In this document: positions 1 through 9,231 of the stretch, one piece after another
Numbering within the stretch: the stretch's first letter is position 1
Layout: every line of letters begins with the position of its first letter
Translations under genes and position numbers: made by a program
Assembly (NCBI GenBank): GCA_029261055.1
Contig: JAJDCA010000068.1
Coordinates: forward strand, 5,275 to 69,274
DNA: 64,000 nt
Source: Candidatus Omnitrophota bacterium
GTDB lineage: Bacteria > Omnitrophota > Gorgyraeia > Zapsychrales > Zapsychraceae
Direction: 5' to 3'
The notes under the pieces: generated by a model
Databases searched by the model: none
Seen by the model: only the letters and a program-made list of their open reading frames with translations
Told to the model about the DNA's origin: nothing

Positions 1-1
1 T

Positions 2-913
2 TTTTTCAACGATAGGGACGCGTTCTAAAACCTGCGCCCGATGGGCACGCGTCATCACAATAATAAGATCAGCCTTTTTAAGCAAAACAGTACTCACCGA
101 CTGCGAAACATGCTCCTCAGCATCAATCCCTCTTTCTCCTAATACAGAAATTGTTTCAGCACTTGCTTTAGACCTCAAAAAAACACTCGTACCAGCCGAT
201 ATGACCTCAACATCATCACGCTCTTTAATTTGATCCCGCAAAAGATATTCTGCCATGACAGAACGACAACTATTACCCGTACATACAAAGAGGACCGTCT
301 TTCTTCGTGTCATAGCTTCCACATCAGACTCCGTAATGACACCTTCCCGCAACACAATCGGTTTTTGATTGGTTAAATCTACCACCGAAGAACTACTCCC
401 GATTTTTGATGTCCCTCCATCAATCGCAACTTCTACCAAACCATCTAAATCCTTTAAAGCCTCATCACAAGTAGTCGGCGGATTTTTTCCTCCTACATTT
501 GCCGAAGGAGCCGCAATGGTACATTGTGATTCTTGCACCAATCGTAAAGCAATCGGATGATCCGGCATACGCACCCCGATGGTCTTTCCCTCTTCTTTAG
601 CAGGGACAACCACCGTTAAAGGCCCCGGCCAGTAGGCATCAATAAATTTGTACAAAAGAGGATCGGCCATTGAGGTGTAATTAGAGATGAGCCCTCGTTG
701 TGAAACTAAAATCGCAAAAGGCTTATCGGCTGCTCTTTTTTTAACAGCACGCAATCGACCCATAGCTTGAGGGTTAGAGAAATCTGCGGCAATACCGTAC
801 ACCGTCTCTGTAGGAAAAATAACTAATCCGCCCTTACGTATGACCTTGGCACAATACGCAATTTCTTTTAAGTCAGGAAATTCAGGATGAGTTTGAATAA
901 TTTTAGTTTTCAC
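2..913 (-). CDS. tsaC: TsaC/Sua5 threonylcarbamoyl-AMP synthase fused to a low-molecular-weight protein tyrosine/arginine phosphatase (3' end runs off window)
   Basis: Not in the ORF track. Manual translation from GTG at 913 (overlapping the purE stop) gives VKTKII...GGLVIFPTETVYGIAA (YrdC motif) and continues in frame through LREGVITESDVEAM into TVLFVCTGNSCRSVMAEY (CX5R phosphatase loop). Confidence 0.85.
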   Translation of the reverse strand, partial: MKTKIIQTHPEFPDLKEIAYCAKVIRKGGLVIFPTETVYGIAADFSNPQAMGRLRAVKKRAADKPFAILVSQRGLISNYTSMADPLLYKFIDAYWPGPLTVVVPAKEEGKTIGVRMPDHPIALRLVQESQCTIAAPSANVGGKNPPTTCDEALKDLDGLVEVAIDGGTSKIGSSSSVVDLTNQKPIVLREGVITESDVEAMTRRKTVLFVCTGNSCRSVMAEYLLRDQIKERDDVEVISAGTSVFLRSKASAETISVLGERGIDAEEHVSQSVSTVLLKKADLIIVMTRAHRAQVLERVPIVEK

Positions 914-1386
914 AACTTAATATTTAGAATTTTCTGTTTTTGCTCTTCTCGAAATTTTTCTAATTTCTCTGCAATCGCTGCGTCCTCAACACCAAAAATG
1001 CGTAATGCTAACAAAGCCGCATTCTTAGCGCCGGGCTTACCAATAGCAACGGAACCCACCGGCACTCCAGGTGGCATTTGTACAGTAGAAAGAAGGGCAT
1101 CCATCCCATTAAGCGAAGTAGCATCAATCGGCACACCGATCACCGGAAGCGTCGTATGTGCTGCGACTACTCCAGACAAAGCGGCCGAGGCCCCAGCCCC
1201 ACAAATAACAACCTTTACGCCACGTTCGCGTAAACCTTCAGCATATTCTGCCGTTTCCTTTGGTGTGCGATGTGCTGAAAGAACTCTTATTTCATAAGCA
1301 ACATCAAAGTCTTTTAAAACATTAGCTGCTTCTTCCATAACTGGAAGATCAGATTTACTCCCCATCATAATGGCAATCTTTGTCAT
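910..1386 (-). CDS. purE: N5-CAIR mutase PurE
   Basis: MGSKSD, SAHRTP, PVIGVP and VQMPPGVPV motifs; start moved to MTKIAIM (1386). Confidence 0.96.
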   Translation of the reverse strand: MTKIAIMMGSKSDLPVMEEAANVLKDFDVAYEIRVLSAHRTPKETAEYAEGLRERGVKVVICGAGASAALSGVVAAHTTLPVIGVPIDATSLNGMDALLSTVQMPPGVPVGSVAIGKPGAKNAALLALRIFGVEDAAIAEKLEKFREEQKQKILNIKL

Positions 1387-1419
1387 AGTTAAAAATCCTC
1401 GCTTTGCTCGATGATTTTT

Positions 1420-1496
1420 AGTCATCAGATGTCAGTCTTCAGCCATCAGTATCTTATTTTTTTACTGACGTCTGATAGCTGATGTCTGATGACTAA
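1420..1496. repeat. Intergenic inverted array of heptamer repeats (nnnTCAG / CTGAnnn)
   Basis: tcatcag-atgtcag-tcttcag-ccatcag ... ctgacgt-ctgatag-ctgatgt-ctgatga forms an imperfect hairpin; same family at 43045-43115. Confidence 0.75.
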
Positions 1497-1504
1497 CATT
1501 TAAA

Positions 1505-2782
1505 TTACGTCTTCGCCAATGCTTTAGCGCCAATATCTCGGCGGAAAAAGCAATGATCAAACTTTATTTTTTCCACATTTTCATAAGCCCGCTCGACGGC
1601 CTTGTCTAACCCATGTGCTAAACTCGTCACACCTAAAACACGTCCACCGGAAGTCACAATTTTATTTTCTTCTTTTTTAGTTCCCGCATGAAAAACAATT
1701 GTATTCACTTCCTTTTCATCAATCTGTTCCAACCCGGTAATTTCCATACCTGTTTCATATTCTCCTGGATATCCCCCAGAACTCATCACGACACAAACAC
1801 ACGCCCTCTGATCCCAAAGCGGTTTTATTTTCTTTATCCGTCCATCACAACTGGCCAACATAATATCCACAATGTCATTTTTCATTCGTGGTAGTATCGC
1901 TTGCACTTCCGGATCACCAAAACGCACATTGTATTCTAAGACCATCGGTCCTTGAGAAGTAATCATCAAGCCTGCGTACAAAACACCTTTAAACGGCATC
2001 CCCTCTTGCTTCATCCCTTTAATAGTCGGATCAATAATAGACTGTTCAATATGTTGACGTAAGACATCGGTAATAATAGGCGCGGGTGAATAGGCTCCCA
2101 TACCTCCCGTATTGGGCCCCAAATCATCGTCAAAGATCCGTTTGTGATCTTGTGAAGAATCTAACATGATGAAATCATTGCCATCACTAACGGCTAAAAT
2201 GGAAACTTCTTCCCCTTGGAGACATTCCTCAATCACCACCTTGTTTCCCGCCTCTTGGAAAACCTTCTGTCCCATAATTTGATCAAGAGCTTGTTGCCCC
2301 TCTTCTAAATTTGCGCAAATAATAACACCTTTTCCAGCGGCAAGCCCGTCAGCCTTAATCACCAAAGGAAAAGTAACCTTCTCTAAAAACCCTTTGGCCT
2401 CCATAATATCGCCAAATGTCTGAAACGGAGCTGTTGGAATATTGTGCTTATGCATGAATTCTTTTGAAAAAACTTTACTGCCTTCCAATTGAGCGGCGGC
2501 CTTACTTGGGCCAAAAACCTTAAGACCATTTTTCACAAAATCATCGACAATACCATCGGCCAAAGGAACTTCGGGACCGATGACGGTGAGATCAACCTTT
2601 TTATCTTTAGCAAATTTGAGTAAATAATCTCTATCAGCCACCTTAATATCAAAACATTGCGCCACCTCGGACATTCCACCATTACCCGGAGCACAATAAA
2701 TTTCCTGAACTAAAGGACTTTGTTTAATTTTCCAAGCAAGGGCATGTTCTCTTCCACCGGAACCAATAATGAGGATGTTCAT
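1505..2782 (-). CDS. purD: Phosphoribosylamine-glycine ligase
   Basis: GSGGREHAL, KADGLAAGKGV, GPNTGGMGAY and EYNVRFGDPE motifs. Confidence 0.97.
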   Translation of the reverse strand: MNILIIGSGGREHALAWKIKQSPLVQEIYCAPGNGGMSEVAQCFDIKVADRDYLLKFAKDKKVDLTVIGPEVPLADGIVDDFVKNGLKVFGPSKAAAQLEGSKVFSKEFMHKHNIPTAPFQTFGDIMEAKGFLEKVTFPLVIKADGLAAGKGVIICANLEEGQQALDQIMGQKVFQEAGNKVVIEECLQGEEVSILAVSDGNDFIMLDSSQDHKRIFDDDLGPNTGGMGAYSPAPIITDVLRQHIEQSIIDPTIKGMKQEGMPFKGVLYAGLMITSQGPMVLEYNVRFGDPEVQAILPRMKNDIVDIMLASCDGRIKKIKPLWDQRACVCVVMSSGGYPGEYETGMEITGLEQIDEKEVNTIVFHAGTKKEENKIVTSGGRVLGVTSLAHGLDKAVERAYENVEKIKFDHCFFRRDIGAKALAKT

Positions 2783-3777
2783 AATATGATTTTCCTTTTG
2801 TTGTCTTTTACAACTTTTCCAATCTCATAAAACTTAATATTTTTCTTTTTCAAAAATGTACTAATCCCATTAATATCTTTTTGACTAACAACCACAGCAT
2901 ACCCAATCCCCATGTTAAACGTTCTGTACATTTCTGAATCAGCTATTCTACCTTTTTTTTGAAGAAGTGGAAATATTTTTGGCGGCACCCAGCTCGCCTT
3001 GTCAATGGCAAAACATAACCCCTTTGGAAGAACCTTTGTAAGCTTGTCATAAAAAGCCCCTCCGGTCACATGCGCCATACCCTTTACCGAAAACTTACTT
3101 AAAATAGCCTGAACCTCATCCACATAAATCTTTGTCGGCGCCAACAATTCTTTTGCATGCTTTTTTAATTCCGCTCGCGACAAAACCTTCCTCACTAATG
3201 AAAATCCGTTAGAATGCAATCCGCTTGACGGTAATCCAATCACACGATCTCCCGCCTTAATTTTTCTGCCATCAATAATACCGCTTTTCTCGACAATACC
3301 TACGGCAAACCCGGCCAAATCATATTCATTAGGTTTGTACATGCCCGGCATTTCGGCTGTCTCTCCACCGATCAAACTACATCCAGACTGACGACAACCA
3401 TTCGCGATACCTTTAACTACATCTTTTAAAACTTTAGGATCCAATCGACCACAAGCAATGTAATCTAAGAAAAATAGAGGCTGGGCTCCGACACACAAAA
3501 TATCATTGACGTTCATCGCCACAAGATCAATACCAACGGTGTCATGAACACCCATACTTTGGGCTAACAAAAGTTTAGTCCCTACCCCATCCGTTGACGA
3601 AACAAGAACAGGATTCTTGTACTTCTTATTGTCGAGTGCAAAAAGCCCACCAAAAGCACCTTCACGATGCAGTACAGCGGCAGACTGTGTTTTTTTCACA
3701 TCCGCCCCGATGGCCTTTACAAAAATATTCGCCTTAGCAATGTCGACTCCACTAGTTTTGTAGGTAAATTTTTTCAT
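2779..3777 (-). CDS. purM: Phosphoribosylformylglycinamidine cyclo-ligase
   Basis: STDGVGTK, GGETAEMPG, SSGLHSNGFSL and RTFNMGIG motifs. Confidence 0.97.
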   Translation of the reverse strand: MKKFTYKTSGVDIAKANIFVKAIGADVKKTQSAAVLHREGAFGGLFALDNKKYKNPVLVSSTDGVGTKLLLAQSMGVHDTVGIDLVAMNVNDILCVGAQPLFFLDYIACGRLDPKVLKDVVKGIANGCRQSGCSLIGGETAEMPGMYKPNEYDLAGFAVGIVEKSGIIDGRKIKAGDRVIGLPSSGLHSNGFSLVRKVLSRAELKKHAKELLAPTKIYVDEVQAILSKFSVKGMAHVTGGAFYDKLTKVLPKGLCFAIDKASWVPPKIFPLLQKKGRIADSEMYRTFNMGIGYAVVVSQKDINGISTFLKKKNIKFYEIGKVVKDNKRKIIL

Positions 3778-4169
3778 ATCTTTTTTCCATATTTCATAAT
3801 ATGCTGATCAATAACTTCTAAAAATTCTTTCGCATCACCCCAACATTCCTGAGCATCCGCATATTCCACAAAATACATGGCATCATAATCAGCTTTAACT
3901 CGATTATCTTGCTCCATATTAAATATTTTCCCATATTTCACATCAATCTTTCCTGTTTTAATAATATGTTGGCCAAAAAGTCTGCGTACAGCCCTATGTG
4001 AACTGGTGCTTATCCCTTCCAAAATTAAAACCGCCTTGGCTGCATGAAGAACGGCATAATATGATCGCGAAATAGCATCCTCATAATAATCATTATCTAA
4101 TAAAAGTTTTGCCGAATTTAAAGTCTTTTTAGCTCGACTTAATTCGCTATTCACTTCCTCCATACTCAT
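3774..4169 (-). CDS. HEPN domain protein (putative toxin of MNT-HEPN pair)
   Basis: AISRSYYAVLHAAKA and R-x-x-A-D-Y motifs; 4-nt overlap with the upstream nucleotidyltransferase. Confidence 0.85.
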   Translation of the reverse strand: MSMEEVNSELSRAKKTLNSAKLLLDNDYYEDAISRSYYAVLHAAKAVLILEGISTSSHRAVRRLFGQHIIKTGKIDVKYGKIFNMEQDNRVKADYDAMYFVEYADAQECWGDAKEFLEVIDQHIMKYGKKI

Positions 4170-4495
4170 AGCGCAATAGCCTCATTTTCAACATTTTTAA
4201 TGAATTGCGTCTGAATACCCTTAAGGTAATTTAAATATTTTTTGGAAAAAATCTGAATAGAAAAAATAAGATCGTGCTGTATTTCTAAATCATATCCCGC
4301 GCATCTAATTTCCCTGGCAAGCTTTCTGTCATCTGAAGCTGTGACAATAAGAATATCAATATCCGAGTCCTTATGCGCATCTCCCCGAGCTTTTGAACCA
4401 AAAACTAAAACTTCAAGAATTTCTGATGCATGCTTTTTTTTAAGATTTTGCTTAAAAATTCCAAGAATTTTTTTTTCTTCCAGCGTTAACCCCAT
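4166..4495 (-). CDS. Minimal nucleotidyltransferase (MNT) antitoxin
   Basis: FGSKARGDAHKDSDIDIL, the GS...DxD motif. Confidence 0.88.
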   Translation of the reverse strand: MGLTLEEKKILGIFKQNLKKKHASEILEVLVFGSKARGDAHKDSDIDILIVTASDDRKLAREIRCAGYDLEIQHDLIFSIQIFSKKYLNYLKGIQTQFIKNVENEAIAL

Positions 4496-4510
4496 AGCGA
4501 TTCCTCTCTA

Positions 4511-5332
4511 TTATTTAATCAACCTATTCTTAACGTACTTCACGCCATTCTCAAAAATCTTTGCCCCTTGACCAAATTTTTTATCACGCCCACTTTTTAA
4601 CCTCGTCCAATATGGATGATGCGTAAAAAGAAAATAACGCTCAGGATGAGGCATTAAACCTAAAATGCGGCCTGTTGAATCCGTAATACCGGCAATATCA
4701 TCTGTAGAACCATTTGGATTTTCAGGATAACCTGGTTTGGCACCTTCGGCTGTACAATAACGAAAAGCTACCTGACCATTTTTTACTAACGCCTTTAACA
4801 CGGACGGATCTTTCGTCACAAACTTTCCTTCAGCATGGGCGACCGGATAATACACGACATCTTCTAAGCCTTCCGTCCACACAGATTGTCCACTGACTTT
4901 TAAATGAGCCCAACGCGCTTCAAACTTTGCAGAGTCATTAGATATCAACGTGGCCTTCTGGGAAGAATCGTGATTCTTTTTTTCTTTGGCATTTAGAGCC
5001 CCAGGCAAAATACCTGACTTAACCAAAATCTGAAACCCATTACAAATTCCAATGATCAATTTACCCTCCCCAATAAAACGGCACAAATCTTCCCCTAAAT
5101 GCAAACGTAATTCATTGGCTAAAATACGCCCCGATTCAATATCGTCACCATACGTAAACCCTCCGGGAAGAGCTAAGATGTGGTAATCATGCAAAGAAAC
5201 TGTGCCTTTTAAAAGTTTATTAATATGCACAAGATCTGCTTTTGCGCCAAAACTCTTAAAAGCAAAAGCTGTTTCTTCATCACAATTTGTACCGGCGGTA
5301 CGTAAGACTATTACTTTTACTGAATTCTTCAT
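4511..5332 (-). CDS. purQ: FGAM synthase glutaminase subunit
   Basis: GTNCD, PGGFTYGD, GICNGFQIL, HAEGKF and LGLMPHPER motifs. Confidence 0.96.
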   Translation of the reverse strand: MKNSVKVIVLRTAGTNCDEETAFAFKSFGAKADLVHINKLLKGTVSLHDYHILALPGGFTYGDDIESGRILANELRLHLGEDLCRFIGEGKLIIGICNGFQILVKSGILPGALNAKEKKNHDSSQKATLISNDSAKFEARWAHLKVSGQSVWTEGLEDVVYYPVAHAEGKFVTKDPSVLKALVKNGQVAFRYCTAEGAKPGYPENPNGSTDDIAGITDSTGRILGLMPHPERYFLFTHHPYWTRLKSGRDKKFGQGAKIFENGVKYVKNRLIK

Positions 5333-5347
5333 ATTTTCTTACTTAGA

Positions 5348-5462
5348 AGTAAAGACGTAGAGAAACAAGATGCAGAGAAAAAAACCTTTTACTACTTTGC
5401 TTCTCTACATCTCTATTTCTTACATCTTTTATCTCTACCTCTTGCTTCTTACACCTCTGTTT
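5348..5462. repeat. Intergenic degenerate 8-mer purine/pyrimidine repeat array with inverted halves
   Basis: gtaaagac-gtagagaa...gcagagaa followed by ttctctac-atctctat-ttcttac-atct...ctctac repeats. Confidence 0.55.
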
Positions 5463-5465
5463 CTT

Positions 5466-6131
5466 TTACAGATTTTTCTCAGCCGCGTAAAATGCCTTGA
5501 TCTTTTTTACCACATCCTCGGGCGTATCGACAATACGAAAAAGATCCATATCGGCTGGATCAATGTTTTTTTCTTTCAGCACCGTATTTTTAATCCACTT
5601 AATCAACGGCCCCCAAAATTCTTTACCATAAAGAACAACTGGAAATTTTTCCATACGCCGCGTCTGGATGAGTGTTAAACTTTCAAACAATTCATCCAGC
5701 GTTCCAAACCCTCCAGGGAAAATTACAAAAGCCTTGGCATATTTAACAAACATAACTTTTCGACAGAAAAAATAATGAAAATTAATCGGATGATTAACAA
5801 AATGATTTGTTTTCTGCTCAAAAGGAAGATCAATATTTAATCCGATGGATCGCCCTTTTGCTTTTAACGCCCCTTTATTACCTGCCTCCATTATGCCGGG
5901 ACCACCGCCGGTGATGACAGCATAACCATCTTTGACTAAAAGCTTGGAAGTCTCAACCGCCTCTTTGTACCATTTATGATTTGTCTTCGTTCGGGCTGAT
6001 CCAAAAATACTGACGGCTGGGCCAATTTCTGAAAGTGAATGAAACCCTTCGACAAACTCCGCCATAATCCGAAATACCCGCCAAGGATCTTCTAATTTTA
6101 AATCTTCCACTGCTTCATTGTTTAAGCTCAT
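5466..6131 (-). CDS. LOG family (TIGR00730-type) phosphoribohydrolase
   Basis: FGSAR, TGGGPGIMEA, RKVMF and PGGFGTLDE motifs; the N-terminal extension to 6197 is translated repeat DNA, so the start was moved to MSLNNE. Confidence 0.9.
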   Translation of the reverse strand: MSLNNEAVEDLKLEDPWRVFRIMAEFVEGFHSLSEIGPAVSIFGSARTKTNHKWYKEAVETSKLLVKDGYAVITGGGPGIMEAGNKGALKAKGRSIGLNIDLPFEQKTNHFVNHPINFHYFFCRKVMFVKYAKAFVIFPGGFGTLDELFESLTLIQTRRMEKFPVVLYGKEFWGPLIKWIKNTVLKEKNIDPADMDLFRIVDTPEDVVKKIKAFYAAEKNL

Positions 6132-6144
6132 GTTGTATCCTTTT

Positions 6145-6212
6145 TCGTGACGCGTCGCTCGTGGCGCGTGACTCGTTTCTTGCGAGCGACGCGTCACAAG
6201 TCACGAGCGACA
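6145..6212. repeat. Intergenic inverted heptamer repeat hairpin (cgtgacg / cgtcacg type)
   Basis: tcgtgacgcgtcgctcgtggcgcgtgactcg ... gcgagcgacgcgtcacaagtcacgagcga; GC-rich in an AT-rich background. Confidence 0.75.
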
Positions 6213-6213
6213 A

Positions 6214-9165
6214 TTAAAATTTTAATGGTTCTTGCCATGCAGTTTTCAAATCATTAATATCCGCACAGACACACACCTCTTGTTTTAATCCATAAACGAC
6301 AAATTCCGATGTTTCTTCAACTCGTCCCACCAAACCAAAAGGAACACCTTTCAAAATCCTTTCAAAATTCTTTTGGTCTTGAGGTTCAATCTCAACAATA
6401 AAACGTGAATTAGATTCTGAAAACAAAACCGTGTCATTTCGGTCTATGCCCTTTTTAAATGGCACATTATCTAAACGTGCCGTAACGCCAAAACCTCCAC
6501 TAAAAGCCATCTCAGCAAGCGCTACACCAATACCACCTTCTGAACAATCATGCATAGATCGAATAAAACCTTTTTGCACGGCATTTTTTAAAGCTGTAAA
6601 TGTCTTACGTCCTTGCGGCATATTCAGTTTGGGTACAGAACTTCCTAGAAAACCACATGTATCCCAATAGATAGATCCACCAAGCTCGTCAAATGTTTCA
6701 CCGATACAATACACAAGATTACCATCCTTTTTAAAATCCATCGTCACTGTTTTAGTAACATCATCCACAATCCCAATCGCAGAAATAAGAAGCGTCCCGG
6801 GAATCGCAATAGATTTTTTTCCCTCGGTGTATTCATTGTACAAACTATCTTTTCCAGAAATAAAAGGCACCTGATATCCAATAGCCGTCTTGTAACACCC
6901 TTCGGCTGCCCGCACTAAACTCCCCAAACGGTCGGGTTTGTCCGGATTCCCCCAACAAAAATTATCTAAAATCGCAATACGTTCAAAATCACCGCCCACC
7001 GCCACAATTTGCCGAACCGCCTCATCAATACACGAAGCCGCCATCCAAAATGGATCAATCATACCGTAACGCACATTAATCCCATTGGACACGGCAATGC
7101 CTTTTTTACTGCCGAGCTTAGGCGTGATGACACTCGCATCCGACGGCCCATCTCCATGAACACCAACAAAAGGCTTAATAACGCTTCCCCCCTGCACTTC
7201 ATGATCATACTGACGTACCACCCATTCTTTCGAACACACATTGTAATGCCCAAGGGCCTCAGACAATTTTTTCGTCAAATTAATAGGCGCGTCAATTTTA
7301 GGATTTTTAACTACTGATGTACGCCAATGCGCTTTGCGACTAATTTTTGGAGGACCTCCATGAATAAAATCCATTTCCAAATTACACACAGCCTGGCCAT
7401 CATAAAAAAGTTCCAAATGTTTATTCCCGGTAAATTCACCAATCACTGTAGCCTCAACATTTTCATCAGAAAATATTTTTAAAAACGCATTAATTTTCTT
7501 AGCCGGCACAGACATCACCATTCTTTCTTGCGCTTCGGAAATCCAAACTTCCATGTAGCTTAAACCCTTGTACTTCAAAGGAATCTTTTCCAAATCCACA
7601 CGCACACCCAACTCTTCGCCCATTTCCCCGGCGGCACTCGATAATCCACCAGCGCCACAATCTGTAATCGCCGTGTACAAATTTTTATCGCGTGCTTGAA
7701 TAAGAGCATCCAAAACTTTTTTCTCTTGAATCGGATCACCAATCTGAACAGCCCCTGAAGAAACTGTTTCCGATTCATCTGTCAATTCACCCGAAGAAAA
7801 CGTCGCACCATGAATACCATCTCGTCCTGTCCGTCCACCAACCACAACAACCAAATCTCCCCGACAAACTTTTTTCTTCACCTTGTCTTTGGGCATAATA
7901 CCGACACTCCCGCAATACACTAAAGGATTGCCGACAAATTTTTCATCAAAAATAATAGAACCGTTAATCGTAGGGATACCCATTTTATTTCCATAATCAC
8001 GAACCCCTGACACGACACCTTTCATGACTCTTTTAGGATGCAATGTTCCCGGCGGTAAATCTTTGAACGATGTATCTGGCGGCGCAAAACAAAAAACATC
8101 CGTCGAACACACTGGCTTAGCCCCCAACCCTGTCCCGAGAATATCGCGTATTACACCGCCGATGCCGGTATTAGCCCCACCAAAAGGCTCCAAGGCTGAT
8201 GGATGATTGTGTGTCTCAACCTTAAAACAAACGTTTGAATCTTTGTCAAATTTAATCACACCAGCATTGTCATAAAACACGGAAACGCACCAGGATTTAT
8301 TAATTTCGTTCGTTGCCTTAACAATCGTCGATTTCAAAAGATTGCGCACCATCTTCGTTTTTGTCTTCCCGTTCTCTGAACATTGGTATTCAATATTCCC
8401 TCGAAATGTTTTGTGGTAGCAATGTTCACTCCACGTCTGCGCAATGGTTTCTAATTCACAGTCTGTAGGATTTTGTTTTCTCTTTTGAAAATGTCGCTGA
8501 ATAGCTTTCATTTCGTTAAGGTTCAAAAACAACTGCCCCTTACGACTGATCTGCATCAACTTACGATCGGAAGCATCAATCAAACTGACAATAATAGGAA
8601 TGGATTTTTTATTCACCGCGAGGGCTGGCCTAGCCCCTTCGCCTACAACATCCGCTACAACATGCTGAAGTACTTTGTTCGACAAAATTTTCTCAACGAC
8701 CGTATTCAACTCTCGCTTTGCAATATTGCCGTACAATAGATATTTCTTTGCTGTATGGACAGACTGAACTGTTTCAATCCCCAGGAGACTGTTCGAGGAT
8801 ATAAGTTTCGAACAGTCTCTTAGGTCACGAATCCCTTTAATTGTGGAATGCTCCACAGGATCCATCACACCGGGATTGTAGGCAATCTCAACACAATGAA
8901 GATTCTTTTTAGAATATTTTGGAGAAGACGTCTGATCTGCGGAAGCAGTGTACGTCTGGGTGATTTTATCAACAAGCAACTCTTTACAGATCATCCGAAC
9001 TTGCTTTTCCGTAAGGTCACCTGCAATATTGTAAATATGATGAACTTGGACTTTCGAAACAGACACAATACCCAAGTCGACGATATTTTTTTGAATACCT
9101 TCGCCTAAAGAGTCGAAAACACCTGCTTTATGTTTTATTTCAATGCGCCAGAGCATGTTGGCCAA
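6214..9165 (-). CDS. purL: FGAM synthase large subunit PurL with N-terminal PurS-like extension
   Basis: QTWSEHCYHK, KVETHNHPS, DCGAGG, SEAQERM and HDCSEGG motifs; about 170-aa N-terminal region with PGVMDP resembling tandem PurS. Confidence 0.95.
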   Translation of the reverse strand: MANMLWRIEIKHKAGVFDSLGEGIQKNIVDLGIVSVSKVQVHHIYNIAGDLTEKQVRMICKELLVDKITQTYTASADQTSSPKYSKKNLHCVEIAYNPGVMDPVEHSTIKGIRDLRDCSKLISSNSLLGIETVQSVHTAKKYLLYGNIAKRELNTVVEKILSNKVLQHVVADVVGEGARPALAVNKKSIPIIVSLIDASDRKLMQISRKGQLFLNLNEMKAIQRHFQKRKQNPTDCELETIAQTWSEHCYHKTFRGNIEYQCSENGKTKTKMVRNLLKSTIVKATNEINKSWCVSVFYDNAGVIKFDKDSNVCFKVETHNHPSALEPFGGANTGIGGVIRDILGTGLGAKPVCSTDVFCFAPPDTSFKDLPPGTLHPKRVMKGVVSGVRDYGNKMGIPTINGSIIFDEKFVGNPLVYCGSVGIMPKDKVKKKVCRGDLVVVVGGRTGRDGIHGATFSSGELTDESETVSSGAVQIGDPIQEKKVLDALIQARDKNLYTAITDCGAGGLSSAAGEMGEELGVRVDLEKIPLKYKGLSYMEVWISEAQERMVMSVPAKKINAFLKIFSDENVEATVIGEFTGNKHLELFYDGQAVCNLEMDFIHGGPPKISRKAHWRTSVVKNPKIDAPINLTKKLSEALGHYNVCSKEWVVRQYDHEVQGGSVIKPFVGVHGDGPSDASVITPKLGSKKGIAVSNGINVRYGMIDPFWMAASCIDEAVRQIVAVGGDFERIAILDNFCWGNPDKPDRLGSLVRAAEGCYKTAIGYQVPFISGKDSLYNEYTEGKKSIAIPGTLLISAIGIVDDVTKTVTMDFKKDGNLVYCIGETFDELGGSIYWDTCGFLGSSVPKLNMPQGRKTFTALKNAVQKGFIRSMHDCSEGGIGVALAEMAFSGGFGVTARLDNVPFKKGIDRNDTVLFSESNSRFIVEIEPQDQKNFERILKGVPFGLVGRVEETSEFVVYGLKQEVCVCADINDLKTAWQEPLKF
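8781..8823. mobile_element. 35-bp palindromic mini-element inserted in frame in purL
   Basis: Perfect 12-bp arms GAGACTGTTCGA (8785-8796) and TCGAACAGTCTC (8808-8819); adds RDCSKLISSNSLL. Confidence 0.6.
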
Positions 9166-9204
9166 ATAGGTGAAGGATATTATTAGGGGTTAATAAGAGT
9201 TAGG

Positions 9205-9229
9205 AATTGTCCAAATTCTTTGGACAATT
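9205..9229. repeat. Intergenic hairpin between purC and purL
   Basis: AATTGTCCAAA-ttc-TTTGGACAATT, a perfect 11-bp stem. Confidence 0.55.
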
Positions 9230-9231
9230 TC

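Noticed and set aside
6132-6197. N-terminal extension of the LOG protein (MTRRSQETSHAPRATRHE)
   Set aside because: It is a translation of the heptamer repeat hairpin; the downstream ATG has an AAAAGGA RBS.
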